In this document: piece by piece, positions 55,793 through 64,000 of the stretch
Numbering within the stretch: the first letter of the stretch is position 1
Layout: each line of letters starts with the position of its first letter
Source of the DNA: Candidatus Woesearchaeota archaeon
GTDB lineage: Archaea > Nanobdellota > Nanobdellia > Pacearchaeales > GW2011-AR1
Direction: 5' to 3'
Assembly: GCA_964372205.1 (NCBI GenBank)
Contig: CAYJQB010000001.1
Location: forward strand, 13,180 to 77,179
DNA length: 64,000 nt
Translations under genes and position numbers: made by a program
Notes under the pieces: model-generated
Told to the model about the DNA's origin: nothing
What the model saw: only the letters and a program-made list of their open reading frames with translations
Databases searched by the model: none

Positions 55793-58503
55793 TACGCGCT
55801 CCTTATCTCTTCAGGGTACTTTGTCTGAAGAAATTCTGCTCTGAACTTAACATCATTAGAATAATCAATCTCCCATATTTTTATGGGCCCTCTTGCTCCT
55901 TGGAAATAAACGAAATCTCCTACTTTCAAACCCGATTGGCTTTCTAATTGCTTTATAAGGAAATCTTTTTCTTCGTGAACTAAACTGAATCCTTCTACAT
56001 CCTCTTCAAATAGATACAGCTTAGCAAATTGGCTGTGGATAGTTCTTTTACTGAGAAATATCATAGCTCCCGACTCATCATAATCCATTCCACCACTACT
56101 TTGAGATAATTGTGGGAAGATGAATGCACCAGCATCCAACCCCTCACCTAAATCATACATAGTTCCATTGAAATGGATATATCTTAATGGCAGATTATAT
56201 TGGGTTCCTCTGTAAACAAAAATCCCTTCTGCACTATCCACTTTCTGGTTCTCATCAAAACCAACTACAACTCCTCCTATGCCTGCAATATTATTATTGC
56301 TATAATCTCCTTTAGATCCCGGCAAGAATATCTGAGTGCCATTTAGATTGTATGATAAATCTTCATCAAGGATGGTTCCTCCAAGATACAAGTATTTTGT
56401 AGAATTTTTGGCCTCAAATGTCCTAGACGAATCTTTCAAGAAAATACTCAAATAACTTGCCCTGTCATAATCTTTATCAGATCCTATCAGCGAGTATGCA
56501 GGATATTTACCTATGTCGCTAGAATCTATCAAGAAATGAGTAACATTATGAGCGTACAAAAATTCAAGAGCTGCCTTTTCATCATTTCCAGTCAAAGCAT
56601 ATCTTCCCATAAGATGATTCCAGTAGGATACAGAGTTTCCTCCATCAAGGACAGTAGCTCTTTCACCTATAGACTGTAACCAATATCCATAATCCCACCA
56701 ATGTGCAAAAACAGATTCTTGAGGAGTATTCTCTCTTACCCAAGCCATTGCTTTTTGCCATTGTTGATTATATGCAGACGGCACATAAGAGCTTGCTTGA
56801 GAAGCGGAAACTTGATAAAAGTAATATGCAGAGAATAGAGATGCAAAAAGGACTATAGCTGCAATTATTACCGAAGCAACTTTCTTCTGTTTCTGCTGAT
56901 TTACTTGTTGAATAAGACTCATCAAAAAGAAACCTACGACTATGCTTGCTGGGGGAACTAAGACCATTACAGTTCTTACTGCAGCCTTTGCAGAAATCAC
57001 TCCAAACAAAAAGAATACTATGAGGATGATTATTCCAATTCCAACTTTTTTGAACTCATCCATCCTTTGAGTTTTATAGTACTTATAATAATAAAATCCT
57101 ACTGCTCCTATCAGAACACCAAAGCCCAAAATATACAAACCGATACTAGCAAAATTCTCACCATTTAACAGGCTACTTGAGGAGTATCTCCCGAAAATAA
57201 AGCTTAGAAGGAAAATCACATAAGCTGAAGTCATTATTAATTGCTCTTTCTTTTTCATGAAGTTCAATGTCAAATACACCAAAAAGATTGAGCCTACGAA
57301 AAATAGCCAGAAATAAACAGGTATTCCATTATAAATTGGGCCAAAACTACTAACCCATTCTTGGAAGTATGGTTGTCTATTTTCAGCAACCGTCTGAATA
57401 AGCCGAGTAGTAGCTGGCTTTATGAACACATCTTTAATGTCAATTATTCTAGATATCAGTTGGGAAAAACCATAAGCTACACTAAACAATACTGCTCCTA
57501 AAAATCCAGAGATTATGGTGGAGGTTACTTCCTTAGGAAATTTCTTAATTGTTGGATTATCAAAATATCTTTTTAGTTTTGTTTCAAAGAACACGTAATT
57601 GAGTGCCATGGTGAAGAGCACCCCGAAAGCGATTGCAGTTGCTGTTGAAGCAAAAATACTTCCAAAAATATATTTGTGAGTCATAACCATTATAGAGGAT
57701 GAAGTTATCAGCCAAAGACCATAAACTATTGTTTTTTCCAGGTTGACACTTCTTAGGATAAATGCTATAAACACTGCAGGTGCAATAACTAGGAAGATAT
57801 ACACATAACCTCCCCATATAGATGCCATCCCAGCTGTAGCCAATCCAGAAAGAATAGCAAATACATATTTGGCATATTTCTTCTCAGACTCCCAGCCAGA
57901 GATAAACAGATATAAAGCCATAAACAGGAAGAAAAATGCCGCGGACTCTTTTTCAGGTATGCCTGCAATAGTTCTAGGTAGGAGAGCAGGAATTATTGAA
58001 AGGAATAAAGCCGAGATAAGTCCGACACCGTTTGCGAACTTAACTCCATATTTTTTTAGAAAAATTCTTCTTGCAAAAAGAAAGAAAGCTATTACTGTTA
58101 TTGCAAAAAAGAAAACCGGATACAACACTGCTGATTGAGTCACAGACTCACTTCCAAAAAGAGATATTACATTGTGAAACCACGCAATCATATAAGGGTG
58201 AAGAAGATATTCATGACCAGTCTCAAAACCTAACGGAACATACCTCATGGTGTCTAAAGCCATCAAACTTCCATTTTCAACAATATATTTTGCCCATCTT
58301 AGAAAAAGAAATGGATCTAAATCCGGCCCCAGCGTCCAGGTGCCTGTAGTTATATCCTTTAACCCATAAAGATTCAATGTCCTTATTCTTACCGCTAAAA
58401 AGACTATAACTGCCAGCAAGACATAAGTAAAAAGATGATATTTTTCTTTAATAAACTTCAAAAACTTCCTTTTTCTTTCAAGAATATTTCTGTCTTCATC
58501 CAT
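55792..58503 (-). CDS. aglB: Archaeal oligosaccharyltransferase AglB (STT3 homolog)
   Basis: The diagnostic WWDYGYW motif (AHWWDYGYWLQSIGE). It has a 13-transmembrane N-terminal domain and a C-terminal globular domain, at 903 aa. Confidence 0.9.
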   Translation of the reverse strand: MDEDRNILERKRKFLKFIKEKYHLFTYVLLAVIVFLAVRIRTLNLYGLKDITTGTWTLGPDLDPFLFLRWAKYIVENGSLMALDTMRYVPLGFETGHEYLLHPYMIAWFHNVISLFGSESVTQSAVLYPVFFFAITVIAFFLFARRIFLKKYGVKFANGVGLISALFLSIIPALLPRTIAGIPEKESAAFFFLFMALYLFISGWESEKKYAKYVFAILSGLATAGMASIWGGYVYIFLVIAPAVFIAFILRSVNLEKTIVYGLWLITSSSIMVMTHKYIFGSIFASTATAIAFGVLFTMALNYVFFETKLKRYFDNPTIKKFPKEVTSTIISGFLGAVLFSVAYGFSQLISRIIDIKDVFIKPATTRLIQTVAENRQPYFQEWVSSFGPIYNGIPVYFWLFFVGSIFLVYLTLNFMKKKEQLIMTSAYVIFLLSFIFGRYSSSSLLNGENFASIGLYILGFGVLIGAVGFYYYKYYKTQRMDEFKKVGIGIIILIVFFLFGVISAKAAVRTVMVLVPPASIVVGFFLMSLIQQVNQQKQKKVASVIIAAIVLFASLFSAYYFYQVSASQASSYVPSAYNQQWQKAMAWVRENTPQESVFAHWWDYGYWLQSIGERATVLDGGNSVSYWNHLMGRYALTGNDEKAALEFLYAHNVTHFLIDSSDIGKYPAYSLIGSDKDYDRASYLSIFLKDSSRTFEAKNSTKYLYLGGTILDEDLSYNLNGTQIFLPGSKGDYSNNNIAGIGGVVVGFDENQKVDSAEGIFVYRGTQYNLPLRYIHFNGTMYDLGEGLDAGAFIFPQLSQSSGGMDYDESGAMIFLSKRTIHSQFAKLYLFEEDVEGFSLVHEEKDFLIKQLESQSGLKVGDFVYFQGARGPIKIWEIDYSNDVKFRAEFLQTKYPEEIRSA

Positions 58504-58543
58504 ATTTATCTTATAAAATTGGCTTATATAAATCTTCCATTTC

Positions 58544-59401
58544 TTAGCTGAACATTATCGGGGTGATGAAGACTTCTATCAGTGCAGAAAGGAATAGGAC
58601 TACTACTGCCAAGATTATCAAGTTCAAAGAGTCCTGCAAAACCTCCCAGAATTTTTCAGAGCCAACTTCGTGTCTGATAACCGAAATAGAGACTATTCCT
58701 CCAGCCAAAGCTGCTATGAAATAAGAAGCTATCTCCGGAAGACCATGTATTAAGTATCTTAACAGACCTAACGGTAAGGCGCTTAAGTTAGACTTGGTGA
58801 AAATAGCTATAGCTGCAGCTATCACAGTCGCATTCCAAGCAAGAATGAAAATTACTCCCGCTCCGAAGATTAGAGAGAACACCAATGTGAATATCAATAC
58901 GTAGATGTTGTTTGCAAATATCAAAAACAATCTCTCCTTGTTTGTAGCAAAAACAGTAGAAGAAGTGCCCTTTACCCCATATTGCGAAACGCAGTTCTCA
59001 AAACTGCTTGGTCTATTAATAAGGCAGTAAGTCTCTATTTGCGCTTTCGAGGTTTGAGTAGTAGGAAGTAGAATGTACCAAAATGAAAAAGCGACAACAA
59101 ATCCAAGGAACAGCCATAGAAATGCCATCAAAGCCCGATTATGCTCCTTCAAAAGTTTAAACATGCCCATATGTTGAGTGGCCTTTTCTTCTTCTAATTT
59201 TATAACATAATACATAAAAGGAATTGAAAACATTACGGTAAATGTAACCACCAAGATACCAGAATAGTTAGCAAGTACTACATCTTGAGAGAATATCCAA
59301 TTGACAAGAAGTATTGAAATGCTTGCGTAGAATGCCCCAACAAAAAAAAGCTCCCATGGCCTCCTCTCAGCCTTCCGTGGACTTATTAACATCTCAAGCA
59401 T
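58544..59401 (-). CDS. SpoIIM-like / DUF95 family membrane protein
   Basis: About six transmembrane segments. The topology and size fit the stage II sporulation protein M superfamily. Confidence 0.45.
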   Translation of the reverse strand: MLEMLISPRKAERRPWELFFVGAFYASISILLVNWIFSQDVVLANYSGILVVTFTVMFSIPFMYYVIKLEEEKATQHMGMFKLLKEHNRALMAFLWLFLGFVVAFSFWYILLPTTQTSKAQIETYCLINRPSSFENCVSQYGVKGTSSTVFATNKERLFLIFANNIYVLIFTLVFSLIFGAGVIFILAWNATVIAAAIAIFTKSNLSALPLGLLRYLIHGLPEIASYFIAALAGGIVSISVIRHEVGSEKFWEVLQDSLNLIILAVVVLFLSALIEVFITPIMFS

Positions 59402-59442
59402 AATTAATATTTAGGAATATTGCTTAAATAGTTTGCGCAAGA

Positions 59443-59832
59443 TTAACCTTTCTCAATCTCTCTCATCAAAACTTCCAATTCGGAATTGATTCTCACAATT
59501 TGATCCCTTAGCTGAAGTCTCATGTTTTCCAATCTGGCTATCTGATCGTTTACAACCGAAGAGGTTTCTGCGAATGTTTTTTTTACAAAAACTCCTGCAC
59601 CCACATCAACAAAAAGACTTTCTTCTTTTTTTTCAGTCTTCATAAATACCCCTCTCCCCAAAGGAGAAAGTATTTCTTTTTCCTCACTGTCTTCTAAAGC
59701 TTCAAGAGACAAGTTGAACTCTTTTAGCTCAACCATTTGTTGTTGAATGTAATTCATCTGTTCTTCTAAAGCCCTAGACTGCTGAATTAATGCCTCAAAC
59801 CTGATAAATTGCTCATTTTCAGTATTAGTCAT
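59443..59832 (-). CDS. pfdA: Prefoldin alpha subunit
   Basis: Coiled coils flank two beta-hairpins (LSPLGRGVFMKTE and LFVDVGAGVFVKK). Confidence 0.65.
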   Translation of the reverse strand: MTNTENEQFIRFEALIQQSRALEEQMNYIQQQMVELKEFNLSLEALEDSEEKEILSPLGRGVFMKTEKKEESLFVDVGAGVFVKKTFAETSSVVNDQIARLENMRLQLRDQIVRINSELEVLMREIEKG

Positions 59833-59844
59833 AGAACAAGCCCC

Positions 59845-60267
59845 TTATGGAAGTTTAAAAACTTTCCTGAAGGCAAAGCTGAATATTATGGCTGATACTA
59901 AATACCACCAAAACCAGCTACCTGCCAAAGTCGTTTCAACAAAAACTCCTTTTATCCACCAGAAAACTATCAATACAGGGATTAAAGTTATTATCATAGG
60001 CTTCATGGAATGTCTAAACTGTTCCATACTATGATTTACCATCTCTTTGGAAAGCTCCATCTGCTTAGCAGGATCATTTTTATACTGCTTCATTTGCGCC
60101 TGTAATTCTTTTTGACGCTTACGAGATTCTCTAAGCTTATTTTTATCCAGCACAAAATAGTTTATTGCGCTTATGAACAAAGAAACCAATGCAGAGATTA
60201 CTACAATACTAATACGAGGATTGTTTTGAATAATCTCTATAATCATTATCACAAAAGGAAAAATCAC
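59845..60267 (-). CDS. DUF106-family membrane protein (archaeal Oxa1/YidC-superfamily insertase homolog)
   Basis: Three transmembrane segments with a cytosolic basic coiled coil (RESRKRQKELQAQMKQ). It sits immediately downstream of secY. Confidence 0.6.
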   Translation of the reverse strand: MIFPFVIMIIEIIQNNPRISIVVISALVSLFISAINYFVLDKNKLRESRKRQKELQAQMKQYKNDPAKQMELSKEMVNHSMEQFRHSMKPMIITLIPVLIVFWWIKGVFVETTLAGSWFWWYLVSAIIFSFAFRKVFKLP

Positions 60268-60276
60268 TTTTTAAAT

Positions 60277-61677
60277 TTACCCTATAAACTTTCTAAGAGA
60301 AGGATGCATGTCTACTGCATGTTGCTGTGCTATATTCTGATAGAACTGATAAGTAATCATAACAGCGAGGAGAATTGCAGTCCCAGAAGTAAGTGCTCCT
60401 AACATATTAGCAATTGCAGAGAGTGCTCCAACAGCTAATCCTCCCATCACTGTTAAAGGCATGATGTATCTAGAAAGAATACTCTCTAAAATCCTCTGGT
60501 CTTTTCTGAACCCTGGTATTTGCAATCCTGAAGACATTATGTTTTTAGCCTGGCTAGCCGCATCCATACCGGCAGTCTTCACCCAAAATACAGAGAATAT
60601 CATTGCAAAAATCATGTAAAATAGTAAATGACTTATACCTTGAAGAATCAATGAGAACGTGAGATTTCCTCGTATTATTGCCTCTAACAAATTAGAAGAA
60701 CCCAACCAATAAGAAAGTCCGGATATAGGAACTCCATTAGAGAATCCTCCTAAGAAAGTAGCATACCCTAACCAATTTTCCAAGAGCCCTGCAAATAACT
60801 GTAAGTTAGCTATCAATGCCGAAACCAGAATCACCGGAATAACTGAAGCATAGAAGAAAGCTAGAGGCCATTTTACTCCAAACCCTCTAAGTCTGTCATA
60901 ACTTAAAGGTATCTCTACCTTCAGACTTTGCGCCCAAACCACTCCAAGAAATACTAAAATAGTGACTGCAATAATTGCAAGAGCCAAAGTCAATTGATTA
61001 ACGTCGCCATTTATCAAAGACTGAATAATAACTAATATCTGTCCAGTACATTGTCCCTCACCGAAATTTATCAAACAATTCTCTCCAGTAGGTCCCGTGA
61101 ACTGGAACAGCCCAGTAAATAGCTGTAATGCTACTCCTGCCAGGATGAACATTGAAACCCCTGAGCCGAACCCCCATTTGTTCATAACTTCATCCATAAA
61201 CATTATCGCAAAACCTCCCAGAATCAACTGAAATATAACTACTCCTGCAAATCCAGGAGCTGCCTGCAAGCCTTGCATCATAACATAAACGATAGCCTCA
61301 AAAAATATGAAAAAGATAACACCCAACTTCTGTATTCCTTGGAAAAGTCTTTTACCTTCTTCAGTCTTAGTATTAATATTAAGTATTCCAGAACCAACAA
61401 GCAGTTGAAGAATTATAGAGGACATAACTATTGGTCCAATCCCCAGACTGATTATACTTCCAAAATCAGTTCCGAGAATTGTTGCCAGAAATTTGAATCT
61501 TTCAAGGGCATTGGCGCTTAAACCATGAAGTGGTATATTATAGAGAACAAAGAAGATGCCCATTATAATCAGAGTCCATTTGAGCTTTGTGTTAAAACCC
61601 AACTTTTTTTCTGAAGGCTTCTTTACCTCAGGAATAAAATATAATATTTGTCTCAGTCCCATATTTCTTTTAAACAA
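60277..61677 (-). CDS. secY: Preprotein translocase subunit SecY
   Basis: Ten transmembrane segments. It lies downstream of L15 as in all archaea. Confidence 0.9.
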   Translation of the reverse strand: MFKRNMGLRQILYFIPEVKKPSEKKLGFNTKLKWTLIIMGIFFVLYNIPLHGLSANALERFKFLATILGTDFGSIISLGIGPIVMSSIILQLLVGSGILNINTKTEEGKRLFQGIQKLGVIFFIFFEAIVYVMMQGLQAAPGFAGVVIFQLILGGFAIMFMDEVMNKWGFGSGVSMFILAGVALQLFTGLFQFTGPTGENCLINFGEGQCTGQILVIIQSLINGDVNQLTLALAIIAVTILVFLGVVWAQSLKVEIPLSYDRLRGFGVKWPLAFFYASVIPVILVSALIANLQLFAGLLENWLGYATFLGGFSNGVPISGLSYWLGSSNLLEAIIRGNLTFSLILQGISHLLFYMIFAMIFSVFWVKTAGMDAASQAKNIMSSGLQIPGFRKDQRILESILSRYIMPLTVMGGLAVGALSAIANMLGALTSGTAILLAVMITYQFYQNIAQQHAVDMHPSLRKFIG

Positions 61678-61693
61678 AACCGCTTTTTAAAAC

Positions 61694-62146
61694 TTAACGC
61701 TTCTCAGCGATTATTATCTCTCCGCCAGCTTTTCTGATAGCTTCTTGAGCTCCTTTGGAAGCAGCCTTTGCATTAATATTCATCTTTCTTACAGGAGAAT
61801 CATTTCCAATTATCTTGTATTTAGACAGGTCAAGTTCAATGAATTCCTTGTTATCCTTTCCAAGACCCCTTTCTATAAGCGACGAAATGCTATTGTTTAT
61901 TGTAGATATGCTAATGCTAGGGGTTGGTGTTTTTGGACCTCTTCTAAGAGTTTTATCCTTGCCAAAGTAGTCTCCTCCATACAACTTAGTCACTAAAGTC
62001 TTTTTCTGATCAGCTCTCTTTCCAGTTCCAGCCATTCCAACTCCACCTCTATGTCCACTACCTCTAGCTTTCTTTTTGAATCCTCTTCCATGGCTATGGC
62101 TACCTCTGAATCTTGTTGCCTTTTTTCTTTTTTTTACCCTAATCAT
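61694..62146 (-). CDS. rpl15: 50S ribosomal protein L15 (uL15)
   Basis: RFRGSHSHGRGFKKKARGSGHRGGVG is the L15 signature. Confidence 0.9.
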   Translation of the reverse strand: MIRVKKRKKATRFRGSHSHGRGFKKKARGSGHRGGVGMAGTGKRADQKKTLVTKLYGGDYFGKDKTLRRGPKTPTPSISISTINNSISSLIERGLGKDNKEFIELDLSKYKIIGNDSPVRKMNINAKAASKGAQEAIRKAGGEIIIAEKR

Positions 62147-62559
62147 AACATCTTCTCCACTAAGTCATTTATCTTCTCTTTATTGTCTCCAAGAACTCCT
62201 TTGTTAACACCAAAGTGCTTCTTAGTGTCAATTCCACCTCTAGGAGGATGCAGTCTGAAAAATGGTTTCAATCCAAGTTTTTCCATATCTTTTTTCTCCA
62301 ATTCTAAAGCGACTTTTTTTGAATCTATAGCTTTTCCGTCGACAGATTTTCCTCTTTTGGCCAGCAACTTTTCCAAAACATCATCTCTTATTGTTCCAAA
62401 AGCCACATGATTTCTTATTGTTTTCAAAAGTTTTCTATTCTCAGCATTGTCATGCATAAGAACAGCAGAATACTTCCTTCTTAATCTTGCTCTAAACATA
62501 GTCTCTGCTATATTTCCTGAAACATCCACTTGACCTGAGATTCTTATAACTAATATCAT
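62143..62559 (-). CDS. rpl30: 50S ribosomal protein L30 (uL30)
   Basis: MILVIRISGQVDV matches archaeal L30P. It is in the conserved S5-L30-L15 order. Confidence 0.85.
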   Translation of the reverse strand: MILVIRISGQVDVSGNIAETMFRARLRRKYSAVLMHDNAENRKLLKTIRNHVAFGTIRDDVLEKLLAKRGKSVDGKAIDSKKVALELEKKDMEKLGLKPFFRLHPPRGGIDTKKHFGVNKGVLGDNKEKINDLVEKML

Positions 62560-63344
62560 TGTGTTCTCCTTAGAGTTTTGCCCAATGCATCAACACATGC
62601 CTTCACATGATTGAAAGTCGTTCTAGTTTGGCCTTTGCTTGTAGCATAGACATCTTTCACTCCAGCGAGTTTCAGAACCTTTTTAAGTTCATCTCCAACA
62701 ACAAGTCCAGTTCCCTGAGGAGCAGGCATCAACTTTACTCTAACACTACCAGATTTTCCTTCAACAACAAAAGGAACTGTATGCTTTTCTCCACATGAAC
62801 AATCAAAATGAGCACATGCTCTCTCAACTCGAATCATATTCAACTTAGCTTTTCTAATTGCTTTTTCTCTAGCGGGCAAAGTTTCCTTAGCCTGTCCAGT
62901 GCCTATCCCTACATGACCATTCTTATCTCCAACAACAGCCATTGCAGAGAATGTCAATACGTTTCCTTCCATAGTTTTTTTCTGAGTTTGTCTCCATGCT
63001 CTCCTTTTTCCACCGCCAAATTTTCCCTTCGCTTGGCCTATAGAAATCAAATCAGTTTCAAGGTTTTTTAACAAGATATCAACTATTTCTGCTTCTAGGA
63101 TTTTCTTTCTGTTTTCAAGAATATTATCAAAATCTTTTTCATTTCCTGCTCTCACATCTTTTCCTATCTGAGTCTTTGGAGCCCAAGCATCAAGTTTGTC
63201 TTGATGATCTCTTCTTTCTCTAGCAGCTCTTTTTTCAGCAGGAGTTCCTTCTTCAACAAATTCAGGCTTTTCTAACTTTTCAAGATTTTCTGGAGTTGCC
63301 TCTATCAAATCTTTCGGTTGATTTTTTGTTTCTTTTTCAGCCAT
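62556..63344 (-). CDS. rps5: 30S ribosomal protein S5 (uS5) with an N-terminal extension
   Basis: VGDKNGHVGIGTGQAKE...GTGLVVGDELKKVLKLAGVKDVY is the S5 signature. An approximately 60-aa charged N-terminal extension precedes it. Confidence 0.9.
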   Translation of the reverse strand: MAEKETKNQPKDLIEATPENLEKLEKPEFVEEGTPAEKRAARERRDHQDKLDAWAPKTQIGKDVRAGNEKDFDNILENRKKILEAEIVDILLKNLETDLISIGQAKGKFGGGKRRAWRQTQKKTMEGNVLTFSAMAVVGDKNGHVGIGTGQAKETLPAREKAIRKAKLNMIRVERACAHFDCSCGEKHTVPFVVEGKSGSVRVKLMPAPQGTGLVVGDELKKVLKLAGVKDVYATSKGQTRTTFNHVKACVDALGKTLRRTQ

Positions 63345-63825
63345 TCTTTATTTTCTCCTTGACTTTTTCAATCAAATTTAAGTTCCTATCTTCTTTTTTA
63401 AGCATTTCTCCCGGAAGAGCTTCTTCGCTGTGAGGAATATCTAATCCTGCATCAACAGCACCATTCAACACAGCATACAATCTTCCTTTCTTAATGTTTC
63501 TATGAAGTCCGATATCCAAGATTATTTTTTTGTTCTTTCCATATTTTTTACCAATCAAAAATCCTGTTAAATACGCTGCACCCAGATTCTTCAAGCTTCC
63601 AATTTTCTCTTCAGGCCAGCCATACTTTATCAAATCTTTTGAGGTGACGCCAAGAACTATTTTATCCTGTGCAACCTCTGTTTCGATTATCTGTGCCACA
63701 ATATATCTATTTGTCTTCCTGACTACTAATCTTGGTAGTTCAGATTTCAGAAGTGAAAATCTAGCTCGGTAATCAGTCTTTCCCTGTTTTCTTCTTCTTC
63801 TAATAGTTTTTTGTATTTTGTGCAT
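63337..63825 (-). CDS. rpl18: 50S ribosomal protein L18 (uL18)
   Basis: LVVRKTNRYIVAQII...GAAYLTGFLIGKK matches L18. Confidence 0.9.
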   Translation of the reverse strand: MHKIQKTIRRRRKQGKTDYRARFSLLKSELPRLVVRKTNRYIVAQIIETEVAQDKIVLGVTSKDLIKYGWPEEKIGSLKNLGAAYLTGFLIGKKYGKNKKIILDIGLHRNIKKGRLYAVLNGAVDAGLDIPHSEEALPGEMLKKEDRNLNLIEKVKEKIKNG

Positions 63826-64000
63826 TTATTTTTCTCCTAAATTCTTGACTCTTTCTTTTAATTGAGACAGGCTTTTATGTTGTCTTGCTCTGATTTCCTT
63901 TCTCAAAGTCAAATAATTTTCAGAGCTTATTTTTTGCTTTAGTTTAAGATTTTTTATATGCGCTCTAAGTTTTCTAGTTATAGCCATATATTCTTTTTTC
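63826..64000 (-). CDS. rpl19e: 50S ribosomal protein L19e (eL19), C-terminal part; the gene continues past the window end
   Basis: An open frame reaches the window edge and encodes ...ITRKLRAHIKNLKLKQKISSENYLTLRKEIRARQ, which is basic and helical. It lies upstream of L18 as in the conserved L32e-L19e-L18 order. Confidence 0.55.
   Translation of the reverse strand, partial: KKEYMAITRKLRAHIKNLKLKQKISSENYLTLRKEIRARQHKSLSQLKERVKNLGEK

Overview
This is a low-GC (roughly one-third GC by eye) archaeal chromosome fragment. The lineage is uncertain; it is possibly DPANN-like. Three things support an archaeal origin: archaeal-only ribosomal proteins (L18e, L21e, L19e, L30), the RNA polymerase subunits D, F and N, and an AglB oligosaccharyltransferase. 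Strong Shine-Dalgarno sites (AAGGAGGT) are visible upstream of several genes.

Layout of the window:
- 1-4000: an operon on the minus strand encoding a SAM methyltransferase, an Lhr-core helicase and a metallophosphoesterase (MPE).
- 4.0-15.3 kb: a variable, accessory-looking region.
  - Two convergent paralogous coiled-coil + winged-helix (wHTH) genes sit among periodic iteron-like repeats.
  - Six tandem genes encode small hydrophobic proteins; four of them are absent from the ORF track.
  - A ~55-bp promoter/leader element occurs three times in front of unrelated small ORFs.
  - Two genes are noticeably more GC-rich than their surroundings.
  - Also present are a RecJ/GAN-like DHH nuclease, an FKBP prolyl isomerase, and a secreted HExxH metalloprotease fused in an operon with an archaeal class-III-signal pilin.
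- 15.3-26.6 kb: the XerA recombinase, then the rearranged conserved S13-S4-S11-RpoD-tRNA-Leu-L18e-L13-S9 block and the L21e-RpoF-DUF655 block. A MacB-type ABC exporter (an ATPase, a COG1361-like surface protein and two FtsX permeases) is inserted here. RpoN, the RNase P protein Rpp21, an orphan 5S rRNA and a tight tRNA-Leu/Arg/Gly cluster follow.
- 26.6-29.0 kb: secF-secD.
- 29.4-58.5 kb: a ~29-kb surface-glycan / N-glycosylation island.
  - Core machinery: AglB (WWDYG motif), AglH, two Wzx-like flippases, two Dol-P-sugar-synthase (DPM1-like) + GT-C pairs, several GT4/GT2 glycosyltransferases, RfbB and an epimerase.
  - Unusual decorating enzymes: a GT9 heptosyltransferase-like protein, a sulfotransferase, TylF and FkbM methyltransferases, a CDP-alcohol phosphatidyltransferase, a FemAB-like protein, a SemiSWEET-like protein and a truncated pyruvate-kinase-like protein.
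  - A tRNA-Val is embedded mid-island.
- 58.5-64.0 kb: a SpoIIM-like protein, prefoldin alpha, a DUF106/Oxa1-like insertase, SecY, L15, L30, S5, L18 and a partial L19e.

The strongest candidates for something new are the iteron-rich paired-wHTH module with its adjacent small-membrane-protein array (4.8-8.4 kb), the triplicated promoter cassette (8.1-9.3 kb), and the composition of the glycan island.
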